From: Craspedostauros australis
Taxonomy: Eukaryota
Reading direction: 5' to 3'
Assembly: GCA_030167865.1 (NCBI GenBank)
Contig: JALAGF010001144.1
Coordinates: 1-36,703 of the forward strand
Length of the DNA: 36,703 nucleotides
A program made the translations under genes and the position numbers. The notes below the pieces were generated by a model. That model was not told where the DNA came from, did no database searches, and worked only from the letters and a program-made list of their open reading frames with translations. Below are positions 32,876-36,703 of this stretch, in pieces (positions within the stretch are counted from its first letter, which is position 1; each line of letters starts with the position of its first letter).

Positions 32876-34499
32876 CTTTGCTTGCTGTGTATAATAGTAT
32901 TCTATGTGGAGTGGTATGGCGCAATATGTGCTGCTGTGCAGTGTCGGAATGAGTAGCTCGTAGTGTGGTCCTCTCTTTGTTGCTTCGTTCGTTGGCAGCA
33001 GAGGGTTGGCCTACGGCTGGCCGGTGTGCAATACGCGTACTCCAGATCGTACTCTACTCTACTATTCTATTATATATGATATGTGTCATATATTACAGAA
33101 TAGAATAGTATGGTAGTGCTCAAGGAAGGCCAAGGGCGTCGATTGTTGCATGCGAGTCTCAATGTGGTGGAATGATGGGGTGCTCTTCTCGCGCTTCTTC
33201 GGCATTGTGCGCAACTCATGCACAAATCATTTGCCGCGTGGCTGACGATCTGCGGAACAATCTCTGGATACCCAACAACCCACCCTGTCCCTGTCTGACC
33301 AAACAAGCACCTGCAAACGCCCACTACCACCGACACCAAAGACAACACAGCCATCATCATTGCCAACAAGGGGGCTTCCGCGTCGCGTTCGTTGTTCGTC
33401 TGCGTGTCATCGCGTCGTTCGCCATCATGCGTTCGCAAAATCAAGTCACAAAACTCAAATTCGAGCCAACTCGCTGACTGGCCAAGCCAGCCAACCAGCC
33501 CGCATCCAACCAAATCCTTGAAACTGGGCAAACGCGATACTGCGCGCATCTTCGTGGCGCGACGTTGACGTTTTCACCTCTCGGGATATTCAGTCGCATT
33601 GGTCGAAAATGTCATTCTGTCTCTTGCTACGTCTTCTATGTGTCGTATAAGACATGAATTGGTCTACGCGTGCCAGGCACAACGAGCGCTGCAGAAAGTT
33701 CTCCAAGACAGTCGGCAGATTCGTGTCCATTTGAGACATCTGATTGGGCAGATCATCACAGCAGAATTCGTGACTCAATGCGTCACACAAGATCCGACTT
33801 GTCTTCAGTCCGCTTGGCGCAGCGCAAACCAAACCCTTCCTCTAATTTGTGACGGCTTCCGTGCTCTCGAATGTCGGCACGCGGACAAAGGCGTAGACAA
33901 AACAGCGCGCTTAATTGGCCACGGAGAGTCGTCTAGGACATCGTTGGGACAAATATGAGCCTCCGACCACAGCAAGGCATGCTTTCAGCATAATTGTTGG
34001 CAACACATCGACATATTTAATCATTCATACAGTAATATATTGATAAAGCGCGCCAGTTCATCCATGATTTTGACAATGACTGAAACGCCAAATTTGTGAT
34101 CTTGTTTATGGATCAACTCACAACAATCATCGGCCATCCTCCACAAAAATGCAATCCGCTGCTTTGACGAACTCCGGCGCCGACGTAGATGTTGGCATCA
34201 CATTGAGCAGCAGCACAAAGAACATGCTCGGACACAAGACGACGACGACGATGACAAGAAGGATGATGACGATGACAACGACGGTGAAGTGAACAAGTAC
34301 TCGGGCATCCAGCTGTGGAATCAATGGCCGTCCAGTGAGAATATGCGCATGTGCATGTTGCTCACTCACTCATCCAAATCACACATCCAAATCTCTCACG
34401 CTCACACACACACATTTGCAGAACAAGGGACGGAAGTGTGATGCAGAGAATACCAGCACCTTCGAAGAATAGCCACACCGACGAGCAACTGCAGCATCG

Positions 34500-36703
34500 A
34501 TGCACCGCAGAACACCTCCAGCACTGCGGCGCGGAACCGGATCATCAATATCGCCAACACCACTCGCTGTGCAGACAATCGCACCATTATCCGCCAGGAG
34601 AGATGCGAAGCCTAAAAGGCTTGACTTTGAGACACCAGATGCATTCTCACCATCTACGTCCGATGCCACCGAGCCGCAAGAACCGATCTCATCATCCACA
34701 GGGGTGTCAGCCACGGAAGCGGGATCGAAACGGTATACTGCCGAAGGGACACAGTCCAAATGGCAGCAAGCGCACTCACAGCGACGCACGAACAGACCAG
34801 GGCAAAGGCAAAAACTCGAAACAGCATGCTTTGATTGTTCACCGTTCAGTTGCAGCATGCAACTGAAACCGGCAAAGCATCAAGGCCGACAATCCCATAG
34901 ATGGCGGAGATACAAACCGTCCTCCATCATCACTGTCATGGTCGCAGCAACCCTGATCACTTGGATGGGGAGCGTTTCTTTCGTCTGTGTGTACTTGCAA
35001 AAAACTGCATTCCATGCCCAATCCACCGACGATGGCGATCACGACCAAAATGCAAGTTCATCAACGCACCAATCAATGAGCGATCATCTCAGTGACCACA
35101 GGCAACCGCGGAAGTCTGATATTGTCGAGGCTGGTGAGACTGCCAAGAGTACCGAAAGCAACATCTCCACACCGCACAGCACAGGACAGTCTCACTTGAG
35201 ATCCAGCTTCCTTCGCACCCACTATCGACGCCCGCTGGAAGACACCACCGCCATCAATCAAGCTCTCCACGAGGCTTCGGCTTTGAATGTTGCCTCAATC
35301 TCGACTCCGACAGCTCAGCCTGATTCTGATTATCCAAAGGGAACAGCCAACGCCATCAACACCGTCAACACTGTCAACGCCGCCTCTGCTACACGAGCAT
35401 CTGCAACAACCACAGGATCAATGCCAGCTTCAGCAATGTCAGCCTCACCGACACAGCCGCACAACGGAATCGTCCACATCATCCACACACGCTTCATGCA
35501 GAACCAACCAAACCTACTTGATCTGGGATATGCTCGGCTGGAGTTGCTCCGAGTCTTCTTCCTCAAGACCATGCTCTTGCAGACATCCAACAACTTCCTC
35601 CTCGTCATCCGTACAGATCCCAACCTCCATCCCTCGTTGCGTGACAAACTGTTGGACTTGATCCAATCCTTCGAACGTCAACAACTTGCTCGTGCAAGTG
35701 AAGCACACCAAGGTGCAGCGCAACAAGGTGAAGGACGTCGTCCAGCCCCCATGGTGTTGCTCATCGCCAGCAACGACATTCCATCAAGCCAATACTCAAG
35801 CATCCTTACTCCATTGTCCGGTGATGCTGCCATCTGGCGCGGAGACTTGGAGCGTGCGCAGAACTATCTTCTCTCTGTCATCAATCCAACTGCTGCTGCA
35901 ACTGCAACCGCAACTGGCTCTGCTGCAACGAATCGGCACATGCATGATACTCCTGATGATCACAACAGTGACTACGCCAACAGTAGTAGTACTGAAACCG
36001 ATATGCATCCGTCGATTGTGTTGGAAACGCGGCTCGATGCTGATGATGGTCTGCACAAGCAGTTCGTGGAGCACATCCAGAATGTGGCCCGTTCCGATCT
36101 TGCGCACGTCGTCACGAAATCAATACGGTGGGAATCACTGCCGTGGCGCATCTGGTGTCCTGGGAGGCACATGGAATGGCAGTACCAATCATTGATCGAT
36201 GCTAACGGCAGTGGCGATGGCGATGGCGACGGCAATGCCAATGGCGATGATAAGGATACTGATAAGGATACTGACAAGGATACTGACATCCATTCCGAAG
36301 CATCGATGGGAAGCCTGTTTCTGCTTCGTGTGAAGGAGTGTGTCACGGCAGGGCTGACCATTGGGTTCGTCCTTCCCACCACCACATCACCACCTCCACT
36401 ACCATCGTCATCGTCGTCACTATCATCATCACTTCCTGCTCCAATCAACTCGCAATCAGATCAACAGCACGGCCAAGAGCAACAGCTCGTCCCCATCCAA
36501 CAACTCCAGACCATACAGCTACCTCATCATCGGCACACGTCACTCCGCAAGGACGTCAAGTCATGCAACGAAGACAAGAACAGAACCATCCATTGCGTTT
36601 CGACGCTGGAGTTGATTCCCACAGCATTGCGTGCACGGACGCCAACATCAGCAGGGATGAGGAATGTCCTGCATTCACCCAAACATCGAAATCATCCGTC
36701 AAC
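34500..36703 (+). CDS. Type II membrane glycosyltransferase-like protein (putative rhamnosyltransferase/GT-A-like). Incomplete at the 3' end, at least 734 aa
   Basis: My own translation: the frame is open from ATG 34500 (after TAG 34470) to the window end. It has a TM segment IITVMVAATLITWMGSVSFVCVYL and a stalk. These are followed by HIIHTRFMQNQPNL..LG.ARL.L...F...M..QT..NF...IRTDP.L, VLETRLDADDGLH..F, W..WC and RARTPTSAGM.NV. Confidence 0.8.
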   Translation, partial: MHRRTPPALRRGTGSSISPTPLAVQTIAPLSARRDAKPKRLDFETPDAFSPSTSDATEPQEPISSSTGVSATEAGSKRYTAEGTQSKWQQAHSQRRTNRPGQRQKLETACFDCSPFSCSMQLKPAKHQGRQSHRWRRYKPSSIITVMVAATLITWMGSVSFVCVYLQKTAFHAQSTDDGDHDQNASSSTHQSMSDHLSDHRQPRKSDIVEAGETAKSTESNISTPHSTGQSHLRSSFLRTHYRRPLEDTTAINQALHEASALNVASISTPTAQPDSDYPKGTANAINTVNTVNAASATRASATTTGSMPASAMSASPTQPHNGIVHIIHTRFMQNQPNLLDLGYARLELLRVFFLKTMLLQTSNNFLLVIRTDPNLHPSLRDKLLDLIQSFERQQLARASEAHQGAAQQGEGRRPAPMVLLIASNDIPSSQYSSILTPLSGDAAIWRGDLERAQNYLLSVINPTAAATATATGSAATNRHMHDTPDDHNSDYANSSSTETDMHPSIVLETRLDADDGLHKQFVEHIQNVARSDLAHVVTKSIRWESLPWRIWCPGRHMEWQYQSLIDANGSGDGDGDGNANGDDKDTDKDTDKDTDIHSEASMGSLFLLRVKECVTAGLTIGFVLPTTTSPPPLPSSSSSLSSSLPAPINSQSDQQHGQEQQLVPIQQLQTIQLPHHRHTSLRKDVKSCNEDKNRTIHCVSTLELIPTALRARTPTSAGMRNVLHSPKHRNHPS

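Overview
Eukaryotic nuclear DNA, most likely from a diatom (inferred from spliceosomal GT-AG introns, long low-complexity proteins, and several protein motifs I recognise from diatom-expanded families). Ten protein-coding genes are supported: a diatom-type hypothetical (1143-2390, -); a selenoprotein T with an in-frame Sec UGA that the ORF track breaks into three pieces (7268-8534, -, 2 exons); two low-complexity hypotheticals; a BTB/POZ-like protein; a type II membrane LRR protein (2 exons); a DUF4326 protein; a Q-rich protein with a putative Zn-binding domain (2 exons); a protein with a C-terminal membrane anchor; and a glycosyltransferase-like type II membrane protein that runs off the window and is missing from the ORF track. 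Highlights are an unusually extended SECIS-like kink-turn hairpin in the SelT 3' region, the remains of a tandem duplication with reciprocal gene loss that rearranged the BTB/LRR gene pair, and a TAC-NN-GTA octamer enriched in non-coding DNA. I found no rRNA, tRNA, CRISPR array or intact transposon. All family assignments come from motif recognition, not database searches.
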